Part shown: one piece after another, positions 9,665 through 19,218 of the stretch
Position numbering within the stretch: the stretch's first letter is position 1
How the letters are laid out: every line of letters starts with the position of its first letter
Virus record (IMG/VR): IMGVR_UViG_3300031746_000008
Location: 17,725 to 81,724 of that record
Strand: one strand, 5' to 3'
DNA: 64,000 nucleotides
DNA from: a virus
Lineage: Duplodnaviria; Caudoviricetes
Notes under the pieces: generated by a model
The model's database searches: none
Seen by the model: only the letters and a program-made list of their open reading frames with translations
Told to the model about the DNA's origin: nothing
Translations under genes and position numbers: made by a program

Positions 9665-9900
9665 AAATTAAAAAAATAGGAAACACAACGAGGGTGTGGT
9701 TGTCCCAAAACGACACGTTTAAATGGAGTCGCAGACCTAATGCGCAATGGCCCTGTTCTACAATAAGCGACAGAAGAGTATATGTAGAATTAAATGGTGC
9801 AAACGATATCGTTAATGTAAAAATAAATGGGAGAGATGCAAAAGATCTAGATTCCCACGAATTGAGATGTTGCCTCAACGATTTGACGAAAGGAAAATAA
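9661..9900 (+). CDS. hypothetical phage protein
   Basis: ORF with ATGA overlap; WLS..DT..W..RP...WPCS. Confidence 0.65.
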   Translation: MKIKKIGNTTRVWLSQNDTFKWSRRPNAQWPCSTISDRRVYVELNGANDIVNVKINGRDAKDLDSHELRCCLNDLTKGK

Positions 9901-9902
9901 TA

Positions 9903-10160
9903 ATGCAAATACCTATTATGGAAATAAATGAAAAAGGCAATATATCAACGATTTATAATGATTTTATAGATTTATATGATCTAGGTTTAGTAACAAATAT
10001 CCGTAGAGCATCTCATATTTTGTTTAATCAAGAAAAACAATATTGGGAAATTATAAACGCACAAACAAATGAAATTGTCTCTCAAAATAAGATTAGAGAT
10101 AAGTGCGTCGAATGGGAGATAGAAAATTTTCAATGCGGGGGTAAATATTATAATGAATAA
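9903..10160 (+). CDS. hypothetical protein (likely DUF2997-module partner)
   Basis: IY.D.IDL..LG....RRASH..F pattern; start moved to ATG 9903 after AAGGA. Confidence 0.6.
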   Translation: MQIPIMEINEKGNISTIYNDFIDLYDLGLVTNIRRASHILFNQEKQYWEIINAQTNEIVSQNKIRDKCVEWEIENFQCGGKYYNE

Positions 10161-10344
10161 TAAAAAAATTATAGTAGATATAACCAAAACAGGAGATGTG
10201 TCAATAGAAGGAAATAATTTCGTCGGACCTGAATGCGATCACTTTATAAAAGAGATAGCAGATTCAATAGGTAAAACAATTTCTTCTGCGAAGAAAAAAG
10301 AATACAATATGAAAACCAGCACTAAGCAGAAAGAGAGAAATTAA
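10153..10344 (+). CDS. DUF2997-like protein
   Basis: I...GDV.IE...F.G..C......IA..IG......K.EY. Confidence 0.75.
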   Translation: MNNKKIIVDITKTGDVSIEGNNFVGPECDHFIKEIADSIGKTISSAKKKEYNMKTSTKQKERN

Positions 10345-10535
10345 TGAACAGCATATTAAATCAATCTGCCACTAAGAAATTTATATTGGCAAAAATAGCG
10401 GCACTTAGACCAGGATTTGAAAAACAAATTACTAGAGTTAGCAAATTAGCAATTGAAAATTACGAAGCAAGACTTCGCGCTATGATAGAATCAGATATAA
10501 TGATTCACCCATCAGTAGGAAGGACATTTAAATGA
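10344..10535 (+). CDS. candidate histone-fold protein (alpha3-truncated type)
   Basis: alpha1 ILNQSATKKFI, L1 RVS, 25-residue amphipathic segment, L2 GRTF. Confidence 0.5.
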   Translation: MNSILNQSATKKFILAKIAALRPGFEKQITRVSKLAIENYEARLRAMIESDIMIHPSVGRTFK

Positions 10536-11674
10536 AATTAGGACAGGAGAATAAAATAATGATTAAAAATTTTCCCACACTTTATTCAAAAAACAATGAT
10601 GGTTCAATCCAACAATGGAATATATCTGTAAAAGATAATATAATTATTAAAAAATATGGTAAAATAAATGGCAAAATCCAGGAAACAAAAGATGAAATAA
10701 ATGCAGGGAAAAACATCGGAAAGGTCAATGAAACTTCCCCAGAAGAACAAACTTTGTCTGAAGCACAATCCCAATGGGAGAAAAAATTAAAATCAGGATA
10801 CTGTCAAACAGAGGCGGAAGCGAGACAAGGAAAAGTGGATACAGCGTGGATTTCGGGCGGTGCAGAGCCTATGTTGGCCCATAAATTTAGAGACCATGAA
10901 TCAAAGATAACATATCCGGCGTATTCTCAACCAAAATTGGATGGACATAGATGTATAGCTATAATATATAGGGGAAAGTGTGAGTTGTGGAGTAGAACGC
11001 GCAAACCAATAACTAGCGTCCCGCACATTATTAAAGCCATGGAAGAAACCTTTCCAAAGCAGCCTATAGTTTGTGATGGAGAGCTTTATAATCATTTATA
11101 TAAAAATAAATTTGAAGAAATAACTTCTTTAATAAGATCTCAGTCTCCAAAAGAAAATCATACCGTAGTAGAGTATCATGTTTACGATTTAGTATCTAAC
11201 ACTTTAACTTTTAAAGAGAGAACAGAAAAAATCCAAAAAATAAAATTCGCCAGCGATAAAATAGTGAAGGTAGAGACCAGAAAAGTTAATAATGTTGAAG
11301 AATTGATGGAATATTTTACCAAAGATCTAGAAACTGGATATGAAGGTTCTATGGTAAGGAACTCGAAAAGTCTTTATAAACACGGAAGATCCTACGATTT
11401 ACAAAAAATTAAATCATTCTCCGACGATGAATTCGAAATCATAGGTGTAAAAAATGGGAAAGGGAGAATGGTAGATTGTGCAATTTTTATATGTAGGACG
11501 AAAACGGGTAATGAATTTTCCTGCAAAATGGAAGGGTCTTTGGGAAATCTTAAAAAATATCTAATTAATCCAGAAATAGTTATTGGAAAACAAATAACTG
11601 TCAAATTTCAAAATCTAACCTCTGATGGATTACCACGATTCCCTGTCGGAGTTCGTGTTGAAGAAGATATTTAA
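10532..11674 (+). CDS. ATP-dependent DNA ligase with WGR-like N-terminal domain
   Basis: QPKLDGHRC, DGELY, YDL, EGSM, LQKIK, PRFPV. Confidence 0.92.
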   Translation: MKLGQENKIMIKNFPTLYSKNNDGSIQQWNISVKDNIIIKKYGKINGKIQETKDEINAGKNIGKVNETSPEEQTLSEAQSQWEKKLKSGYCQTEAEARQGKVDTAWISGGAEPMLAHKFRDHESKITYPAYSQPKLDGHRCIAIIYRGKCELWSRTRKPITSVPHIIKAMEETFPKQPIVCDGELYNHLYKNKFEEITSLIRSQSPKENHTVVEYHVYDLVSNTLTFKERTEKIQKIKFASDKIVKVETRKVNNVEELMEYFTKDLETGYEGSMVRNSKSLYKHGRSYDLQKIKSFSDDEFEIIGVKNGKGRMVDCAIFICRTKTGNEFSCKMEGSLGNLKKYLINPEIVIGKQITVKFQNLTSDGLPRFPVGVRVEEDI

Positions 11675-11693
11675 AAGGAAGGATATATCGTGA

Positions 11694-12353
11694 ATGAAAT
11701 TTGTTGATTTAACAGGATTAAAATTTAGTAGATTAACAGTTATGAAAAGAATTGGTTATGCAAAAGATGGACACATAACATGGTCTTGTTTGTGTGAATG
11801 CGGCAAGGAAATAATTGTTCCTGGAAATAGTCTTAGGAGCGGGAATACAAAGAGTTGTGGATGTCTATATAAAGAAAAAATAAAAAATGGATTAAATTTA
11901 AAGCATGGTCTTGCAAGAAATAAAAAATCAAAAATATATAAAACATGGCAAGATATGAAATCTAGATGTTTTAATAAAAATAATAAAGATTATAAAAATT
12001 ATGGAGAACGAGGAATAACTGTTTGTGAAAGATGGTTAAACAAGAAAACTGGGTTTGAAAATTTTCTTGAAGATATTGGCGAAATACCAAAAGGATTAAC
12101 GTTAGACAGAATAGATAATAATGGAAATTATGATTTTAACAATTGGAAACTGTCTTCTAGAAAAGAGCAACGTAGAAATCAACGTTGGAATAGACCAATA
12201 ACATTTAATAATAAAACACAATTTTTAATAGATTGGGCGAAAGAATATAATATTAATCCAAATACATTATGGATCAGATTATATAGGCTTGGGTGGTCAA
12301 TAGAAAAGGCATTAACAACACCAGTTAAAAAATATAGAAAAAAAATAAAATGA
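11694..12353 (+). CDS. HNH-type homing endonuclease (DLTGQRFG family)
   Basis: DLTGLKF, CLCECG, SCGC, LDRIDNNGNY. Confidence 0.85.
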   Translation: MKFVDLTGLKFSRLTVMKRIGYAKDGHITWSCLCECGKEIIVPGNSLRSGNTKSCGCLYKEKIKNGLNLKHGLARNKKSKIYKTWQDMKSRCFNKNNKDYKNYGERGITVCERWLNKKTGFENFLEDIGEIPKGLTLDRIDNNGNYDFNNWKLSSRKEQRRNQRWNRPITFNNKTQFLIDWAKEYNINPNTLWIRLYRLGWSIEKALTTPVKKYRKKIK

Positions 12354-12571
12354 AAAGACAGATTAAAAAATTAAATACATTTAATAGAAAATTACAAAAA
12401 TTGGCCAAAGACATAAACGAAGAAACAAAAAGATTAACAAAAATTACAAATATAAATATCAAAGTTTTTGAGGATGACCCTGATGAATTAGATGACATAG
12501 ATCTTCTCTGGGATAATTTAGATACATTGTGTGAAGATGTTATAAGATATACTGTGTGCAATCCTTTATGA
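12350..12571 (+). CDS. hypothetical protein
   Basis: ORF with ATGA overlap. Confidence 0.55.
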   Translation: MKRQIKKLNTFNRKLQKLAKDINEETKRLTKITNINIKVFEDDPDELDDIDLLWDNLDTLCEDVIRYTVCNPL

Positions 12572-13086
12572 AAAAATTAAAACAAGAAAATAAAAAAGAT
12601 CAGAAAAAACACCACAAGAAAATACTGGCGGTTTTAATCGGACCTCCTGGTTCTGGAAAGTCATATTATTGCGCACACACATTATATAATTACTATAGAG
12701 TCTCACAAGATGAACAAAAGAAGGGGCATTACAAAAAGTTCCTAGAAACATTGTTGTCTGGCCAAGATTTGATTGTAATTGACCGTATGAATTTTAACGT
12801 TGTTCAACGTTTACAATACGTCTTACCGGCACAAAAACTTAAATATAAAATAATGTATTATTTTTTTACTTGCCCGGACAATATCCTACTTCAAAGAATG
12901 AGAGATAGGAAGGGGCATCCTACAGTTAAAAGTAATGATTATAATAAGCATAAAGAATTAATAGAATTTTTCAAGAATAATTATGAAGAACCTGGAAGTC
13001 TTGAAGACTTTGATATGACAGAAGTGAAAACCGGAGAAGAAAACAATATAAAGAATTGGAAAACCATAGATGAGAAAACTAGCTAA
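12556..13086 (+). CDS. P-loop polynucleotide kinase-like protein (AAA_33)
   Basis: GPPGSGKS, VSQD, IDRMN, R...R.GHPT. Confidence 0.85.
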   Translation: MQSFMKKLKQENKKDQKKHHKKILAVLIGPPGSGKSYYCAHTLYNYYRVSQDEQKKGHYKKFLETLLSGQDLIVIDRMNFNVVQRLQYVLPAQKLKYKIMYYFFTCPDNILLQRMRDRKGHPTVKSNDYNKHKELIEFFKNNYEEPGSLEDFDMTEVKTGEENNIKNWKTIDEKTS

Positions 13087-14953
13087 AACAATAGATTTGT
13101 CAGATATTAAAGATAAAAGATTTATTATAGTGGGAGATCTCCATGGATGTTTTGACCAATTAACAGAACTTTTGAAAAAATGTAATTACAATAAAGAAAA
13201 AGATATTATTATTGCAACTGGAGATCTCGTGGATCGTGGACCTAATTCTGTAGATGTATTAAAATTTTTTCTGCCAGATAATCCACACCAAGACCATCAT
13301 ATTTATTCCGTTTTAGGAAATCACGATTGGAAATTCTATCGCTGGTTAATTGGTAATAAGATTATTGTAGGAAAATCACTGCAAAGAACAATAGACGAAC
13401 TCCAAAATAAGTGTGTGACAGATTTAGAAAAGGGCGCTATGATCTTATATTTACAAGCCCTTCCGCACATAATACGTTTACCAGATTTAAATAACAAACC
13501 CTGTTACGTAGTTCACGCCGGAGTCGATACCAAATTTCCAATTGATAAGCAATCTTTTGAAACATGCATTTATATTAGAGGGATAGACCCTAAAAATTAT
13601 TTTAACGAGAGTGCTGGATTATGGTTTGATACATTAGATGGTTCCTATTATATTTTGTCGGGTCACATAAAATCAGAGAAAGTCAACCCCGTACCGTGGA
13701 ATTTTGCTTTAGACGGAGGTTGTTGCGCTGGTAAAGTGCTAAGAGCGATGGTGATCGAAAATAATCAATATTCAATCATAGAAGTTGAAGGATATAAAAT
13801 GGATGAAAAAATACCAGAGACTTTTAGAGTTATAGAAGGAAATAGTGGAGAAAAATTAATAACTCCAGAATTTGGTGTGGGTAATGAATCTTGGAAAAAT
13901 TATCAATTAAGATGGTTAAGATCTTTGCACGTTGATTCTGAAGACAAGGTAATAAGTTGTGGTTTTCCGAAATTTTTTAACATAAACGAAGGAGCGGACG
14001 AATTCAAGATCACAGAACAAGATCTTTTAAATAAAAAAGATTTAATAACAACTCTAAAGTATGATGGTTCGTTACTTGTTAGGTATGTCCAAAATCAAGT
14101 TGTAAAATTTAGAACGAGAGGTTCCTTGACGGTGGGCCTTGATAATAAATATGAAATAGATGAATTTATAAAAAAATACCCTGTATTAAACGATCCAGAG
14201 TTTTGTTCAAATCTTTCATTGTTGTTGGAATGGTGTAGCCCGGCTAACCAAATAGTTATAAAATATAGTGAACCAGATATAATTTTAGTGGGCGCGGTTT
14301 GGTATAATAAAAACCTGCCCTGGTATGATAACGAATTCAAATTATTAACAATAAAAGAACTATCAGACATATCTTCTTTGTCTGGCATTAAATTGGTAGA
14401 TAATTTTAAATTGAATAATCAAAAAGAAGTAATTAATCTTATAGAAAAATTAAAAACAGAAAAAGAAATTGAAGGATACGTAATAAGATTGAATAATGAA
14501 CAAGAATTGGTAAAAATAAAAAGCGACCACTATTTCATATTACATAGCCTCAAATCAAAACTTGATTCTTGTGCTATAGTTGACTTATTCTTATCGTGGG
14601 AAAGACCATCATTTGAAGAATTCAAAAATAAATTCATTGCAGCTTACGACTTTGAAATTTGGACGACCATATTGCCAGCGGCCTCTTCTATAATTGATGC
14701 TTCTAAAATAGCAGATAGTGTGTATAATCATATAGTAAATTTAGTAGAAGAAAATAGAAAATTGTCAAGAAAAGATTTTGCATTGTTGATGAAGCAAAAA
14801 TATTCTGGAGAAAAATTGGCCGCTTGTTTTTCGTTGTTGGACAATAAACCCATAAAATCAAATTTATTTAAAACCATTATCCTGCAAAATATTAAAGATT
14901 ATAATTTTTCTATGTTTAAAAAAGAAAAAATAAACGACAATGAAGAAGAATAA
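13070..14953 (+). CDS. metallophosphoesterase fused to Rnl1-type RNA ligase
   Basis: GDLHG, GDLVDRGP, GNHD, HAG, LDGGC; then FPKFFN, KYDGS, EGYV, KIKS..Y. Confidence 0.88.
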   Translation: MRKLAKTIDLSDIKDKRFIIVGDLHGCFDQLTELLKKCNYNKEKDIIIATGDLVDRGPNSVDVLKFFLPDNPHQDHHIYSVLGNHDWKFYRWLIGNKIIVGKSLQRTIDELQNKCVTDLEKGAMILYLQALPHIIRLPDLNNKPCYVVHAGVDTKFPIDKQSFETCIYIRGIDPKNYFNESAGLWFDTLDGSYYILSGHIKSEKVNPVPWNFALDGGCCAGKVLRAMVIENNQYSIIEVEGYKMDEKIPETFRVIEGNSGEKLITPEFGVGNESWKNYQLRWLRSLHVDSEDKVISCGFPKFFNINEGADEFKITEQDLLNKKDLITTLKYDGSLLVRYVQNQVVKFRTRGSLTVGLDNKYEIDEFIKKYPVLNDPEFCSNLSLLLEWCSPANQIVIKYSEPDIILVGAVWYNKNLPWYDNEFKLLTIKELSDISSLSGIKLVDNFKLNNQKEVINLIEKLKTEKEIEGYVIRLNNEQELVKIKSDHYFILHSLKSKLDSCAIVDLFLSWERPSFEEFKNKFIAAYDFEIWTTILPAASSIIDASKIADSVYNHIVNLVEENRKLSRKDFALLMKQKYSGEKLAACFSLLDNKPIKSNLFKTIILQNIKDYNFSMFKKEKINDNEEE

Positions 14954-15722
14954 AATTTCCTGTATTTATAAAATAATATGTAAAAATAATAATAAATTTT
15001 ATATAGGAAGTAGTATAAATATCAATATAAGATTAAATCAACACATAAGATTATTAAAACGAAATAAACATAAAAATAAATATTTACAAAAATCTTGGAA
15101 TAAATACGGTGAGAAAAATTTCCGATTTGAGATTATGGAAACTGTTCACGACATAAATCAATTACTAACAAGAGAGAAGTGGTGGATTGATACCACCGAT
15201 TGTTGTAATAGAAAAATCGGTTTTAATATATCTATTAATCCTATCGCTCCAAATACAGGAAGATTCATTGATTTAACTGGGCAAAATTTTGGAAGATTAA
15301 CCCCAATTAAACACATAGGTAAAAATGAGTGGGGTCATTCGCAATGGCTGTGTAGGTGTAGTTGTGGTAAAGAAAAAATAATTCTTGGAAACAGTCTTCG
15401 CAGAGGATTAACAAAAAGTTGTGGGTGTCTTCACAACGAGGGAAATAATTTTAAACATGGCCATTCTCAAAAAGATAAAATTTCAAGAACATATCAAAGA
15501 TGGCAAAATATAATAGATAGATGTAGTAATCCAAATAATGCATCTTATGAAAATTATAATAAAATAAAAATTAAAATATGTTATGAATGGTCAAATAAAG
15601 AAAATGGATTTAAAAATTTTTTAAAAGATATGGGTGAATGCCCAGGTAAAGAATATTCAATTTATAAAATTAATAATAATCTTGGATACTATAAAGAAAA
15701 TTGTAGGTGGGTTAAAAAATAA
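14940..15722 (+). CDS. GIY-YIG::HNH-family fusion endonuclease (HNH site degenerate)
   Basis: CIY..FYIGS N-domain; DLTGQNFG/SCGC body; SIYKINNN replaces xDRIDNN. Confidence 0.8.
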   Translation: MKKNKISCIYKIICKNNNKFYIGSSININIRLNQHIRLLKRNKHKNKYLQKSWNKYGEKNFRFEIMETVHDINQLLTREKWWIDTTDCCNRKIGFNISINPIAPNTGRFIDLTGQNFGRLTPIKHIGKNEWGHSQWLCRCSCGKEKIILGNSLRRGLTKSCGCLHNEGNNFKHGHSQKDKISRTYQRWQNIIDRCSNPNNASYENYNKIKIKICYEWSNKENGFKNFLKDMGECPGKEYSIYKINNNLGYYKENCRWVKK

Positions 15723-15756
15723 AATAAAAATGTAGGAAAAATTATAGGAATGGCCG

Positions 15757-16002
15757 ATGAAGAATAGAAAAACCTTAATAAAATTAAAAAAATTTATTTT
15801 AGAAATAAAAAATCTATCTAACACAGAATTATTAGAAGAATACAGAAAAAGCAACAGCGACATAGATTATAATATAGAATCAGGGATGTCTAACAATATA
15901 GAATATGATCGCAATTCAATCATACAGATGTGTATATTACATAGAATGGGGGATAATAAATCAATTAAACCAGATTTTTTCAAAAAAGATGAAGAAAAAT
16001 AA
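15757..16002 (+). CDS. hypothetical protein
   Basis: ORF between two GIY-YIG genes. Confidence 0.5.
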   Translation: MKNRKTLIKLKKFILEIKNLSNTELLEEYRKSNSDIDYNIESGMSNNIEYDRNSIIQMCILHRMGDNKSIKPDFFKKDEEK

Positions 16003-16615
16003 AGTTTCTTGTATTTATAAAATAACGTGTTTGAATAATAATAAATTCTATATAGGAAGTACTATTGATATAAATAAAAGATTAATGAATCATGTTAGTT
16101 TCTTGAAACACAATAAACATCCCAACAAATATTTACAAAATTGTTGGAATAAATACGGGGAGAAAAATTTTAAATTTGAGATAATTGAAACTATTAACGA
16201 TACAAATCAACTATTACTAAAAGAAAAGTGCTGGTTAGATAATACTAATTGTTGTAACGGCAAAATAGGTTTTAATATTGCAACAAATCCATTTGCGTTG
16301 ATGGCGGGTAGGAAGCATTCATTAAAGACAAGACAAATAATGAGTTTAACTCGCAAGAGTGAAAAATTCTTACAAAATATGACAAAACAAAATATAATAA
16401 AAAATATATTGACTAATCTTAGAGTATTAGTAAAAGAAAATAAAAGTTTGTATGAAATATCAAAAACTATTAAAATATCTGATCCTACTTTAAGAAAGTG
16501 GCTAAAAATATTAGACCCTAATCTTTATTTATTATTCCAAATTAATGGAAAAAATAAAAAGAGTATGAATGGATTTAAAACCGGCCATTACTATTTCAAA
16601 CATGGAACAAAATAA
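15989..16615 (+). CDS. GIY-YIG endonuclease with NUMOD3 and HTH
   Basis: MKKNKVSCIY..FYIGS (paralog of 14940), GRKHS; start reassigned to ATG 15989. Confidence 0.85.
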   Translation: MKKNKVSCIYKITCLNNNKFYIGSTIDINKRLMNHVSFLKHNKHPNKYLQNCWNKYGEKNFKFEIIETINDTNQLLLKEKCWLDNTNCCNGKIGFNIATNPFALMAGRKHSLKTRQIMSLTRKSEKFLQNMTKQNIIKNILTNLRVLVKENKSLYEISKTIKISDPTLRKWLKILDPNLYLLFQINGKNKKSMNGFKTGHYYFKHGTK

Positions 16616-16691
16616 GCCCAAACTCACCACCTAAAGTATACCCAAATTGATTTTTACAGACCTCAAGCCGATTTTAAAAGGAGAAAACCCC

Positions 16692-16856
16692 ATGAATATA
16701 GATGACATTGTCCACGTAGACACAGACAACGAGGAATGGGGAAGAGTGGTCTCGGACGGGGTGGTTTTGGAAGTTTTTGAATCCGATGCTTTGGTTAATA
16801 TTATTGATATTCGAGCCAACATTTTAGTGCCCCTGACAGATATTGTAGAGAAATAA
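16692..16856 (+). CDS. small acidic SH3/KOW-like hypothetical protein
   Basis: AAGGAG RBS before ATG 16692; beta-rich pattern. Confidence 0.55.
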   Translation: MNIDDIVHVDTDNEEWGRVVSDGVVLEVFESDALVNIIDIRANILVPLTDIVEK

Positions 16857-17158
16857 AGTAATATTTTAAAAATAAAAGTAAAAACAACATTTAAAAATCT
16901 GACGAAGAAAATAGTGTGGTGTGTTGTCTAAAAAATTTTCATCTATAAACCATTGTCAATTATAAAGTTAACGAATTTCAAAATTTTCTATGAAACAAAG
17001 GCGCGAAAACAAACTATATAGAGTATAGTTTTTATCTCTTATTCTCTTGTAAGATTTACTAAAAAGTAATCTCATCACAAATCTAAAAAAGACTGCATGA
17101 CAAGAACTATAAATTAATTACCAATGTTTGTGTCGTGCAAGCCTTTAGGAATAGTTAA

Positions 17159-17470
17159 ATGATATGTTATATTTGTAAAAAAGAAATAACTATAGATTCT
17201 AGGATGGCAAAGGTAATAAATATAAAACAAATACAACACGATGGAACGAATGCGAGACTAGAGTACGAGAGTGGTCAGGAAGAACTATACATACACTTTA
17301 ATTGCTTAAGAATAGGAATCCCACCAACAATCTCTTGTCCCGCTAAAGACCCTAATCGTGAAAATTCTATAGTAGGTTTTCGTATAATACACAATACAAA
17401 GAAAATTTTACCTGGTGATGAATCAGAGAATACGGAATCATTAGTTAGAAACAATCTTTTAAATTTTTGA
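17159..17470 (+). CDS. hypothetical Zn-binding protein
   Basis: CxxC...HxxC. Confidence 0.6.
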   Translation: MICYICKKEITIDSRMAKVINIKQIQHDGTNARLEYESGQEELYIHFNCLRIGIPPTISCPAKDPNRENSIVGFRIIHNTKKILPGDESENTESLVRNNLLNF

Positions 17471-17485
17471 AAGGAAACACATTAA

Positions 17486-18886
17486 ATGAATGATTTGCTA
17501 AAAGTGTTTCCAAAAGGCAGTATTATCAAAAAATCTTTATCTAATAATTTTGGAAAAATACCTAAATATTGTAGTGATTATCTTATATCTCAACTTGTAG
17601 ATCCGGAAAATCCGGAAACCGGACTTTTAAAAATATATCAAATTTTAGATGAGCATTATGTTGAATCAAATAAAAAGGAACTAATCAAAAGCAAAATTAA
17701 AGAAATCGGTCGTTATTCTTTCTTGGGCAATTTACAGGCGAGGCTTGAAGAGGGGAAAAATGAATATTTCGCTACAATTAATGTTTTAGAAAACTCTAAC
17801 GTAAGAATTCACGAATCTGTATTGGAAAATTTTGGCGAAACATTATTAACAACCGGATGTTTCGGCTCGATGGTTGTAGCCTATGATCCAGACTATCTTG
17901 TTAAAAAGAAAAACTATCCGTTTGTCGTGATAGAATTTGTGCCTTTACAAATTACAAAAATAAATTTGCAATCATGGATAAATAATAGAAATAATTTTTC
18001 ATTTGAAGAATGGCTAAATTTAATAATTAATTCAATTGGATTTGATCCATCTAATTTGTCTTTTGATGAAAAAATGATCTATATTTATCGGTTAATGCCA
18101 TTTGTTGAACCAAATTTAAATCTAATAGAATTAGGTGGTGTAGAAACAGGGAAAACATTTTTTTATAGAAGTCTTAGTAATTATAGTTTTGTTTTATCTG
18201 GGTCTCAAACGACGGTCGCAAGTTTATTTTATAATAAGCTACGAAGAAAAGTAGGATTACTTGGCCAAAAAGATGTCGTCGCCTTTGACGAGATTGCACA
18301 TTCTAAATTTTCTCAACAAGATTTAACAGACATATTAAAAGATTATATGGGGAACGGGAGATTCGGGAGAGATAATTTTGATTTTTCTTCTGGGTGTTCA
18401 CTGGTGTTTCTCGGTAACATTGATTGTGATAGACAAACAAAAACAGTAAAGGGCTATTATCAACATTTATTTAAGCCTTTGCCCCCTAGTTTAAATTCGG
18501 ATCGTGCATTTTTGGATAGAATTCATGGGTATATAGGTGGCTGGGGTGCTGCACAAATATCGGAATCGTTAATGTCTAAAGGAGAGGGGTTTGTAGCAGA
18601 CTATTTAGCTGAAATTTTCCACAAACTTAGAAATAAAGACTACTCGCACGTCATTTCTTCTCGCGTTATTTTCGATAAAATTGGTATGCGGAATCAGATT
18701 GCGGTAACAAAAATGGTTTCCGCTATGATTAAAATATTATTTCCATTTTCTATTAATGACGATGAATTAAAACTGGTTATGGACAAGGCAATAGAATTAA
18801 GACAGAGAGTTGTCGATCAATTGACCATTATCAATTCTGGAGAATTTAAAGGAAATAAAATAGAATATAAAATAAAAGGAGAATGA
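17486..18886 (+). CDS. brxL: BrxL-like AAA+ ATPase without the Lon protease domain
   Basis: R..F...EW...II.SIG.DP, RL.PFVE.N.NLIELG..ETGKT, TVASLFYN, DVVAFDEIA, LVFLGNI, AFLDRIH. Confidence 0.85.
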   Translation: MNDLLKVFPKGSIIKKSLSNNFGKIPKYCSDYLISQLVDPENPETGLLKIYQILDEHYVESNKKELIKSKIKEIGRYSFLGNLQARLEEGKNEYFATINVLENSNVRIHESVLENFGETLLTTGCFGSMVVAYDPDYLVKKKNYPFVVIEFVPLQITKINLQSWINNRNNFSFEEWLNLIINSIGFDPSNLSFDEKMIYIYRLMPFVEPNLNLIELGGVETGKTFFYRSLSNYSFVLSGSQTTVASLFYNKLRRKVGLLGQKDVVAFDEIAHSKFSQQDLTDILKDYMGNGRFGRDNFDFSSGCSLVFLGNIDCDRQTKTVKGYYQHLFKPLPPSLNSDRAFLDRIHGYIGGWGAAQISESLMSKGEGFVADYLAEIFHKLRNKDYSHVISSRVIFDKIGMRNQIAVTKMVSAMIKILFPFSINDDELKLVMDKAIELRQRVVDQLTIINSGEFKGNKIEYKIKGE

Positions 18887-18887
18887 T

Positions 18888-19136
18888 GTGAAGGGAAATT
18901 TTTATATACAAAAGACGATAGAAGGATTACAAACAGAAAAACCCAGGAAGAATATTGGATACATTTCCTGTAATGATAAAAAATTAAATTGTTTTCTTGA
19001 AGACAATTCTTTTATGTTGAAAATGGATGTTTTAGACATTATGATATCTGCGGACGGAATTTTGTTTAAAGGAATAGAAGATTTGAATGGGCGAAAATTA
19101 TATCAAGAATTATGGTTTATACCCAGAGGAAAATAA
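18888..19136 (+). CDS. hypothetical protein
   Basis: ORF with GGAG RBS; YQELW C-terminal motif. Confidence 0.6.
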   Translation: MKGNFYIQKTIEGLQTEKPRKNIGYISCNDKKLNCFLEDNSFMLKMDVLDIMISADGILFKGIEDLNGRKLYQELWFIPRGK

Positions 19137-19218
19137 TGGAAGAAATTTGGAAATCAATTATTAATTATGAAGGATTATATCAAGTATCTAATTGTGGGAT
19201 ACTGACATACTCTCTATG

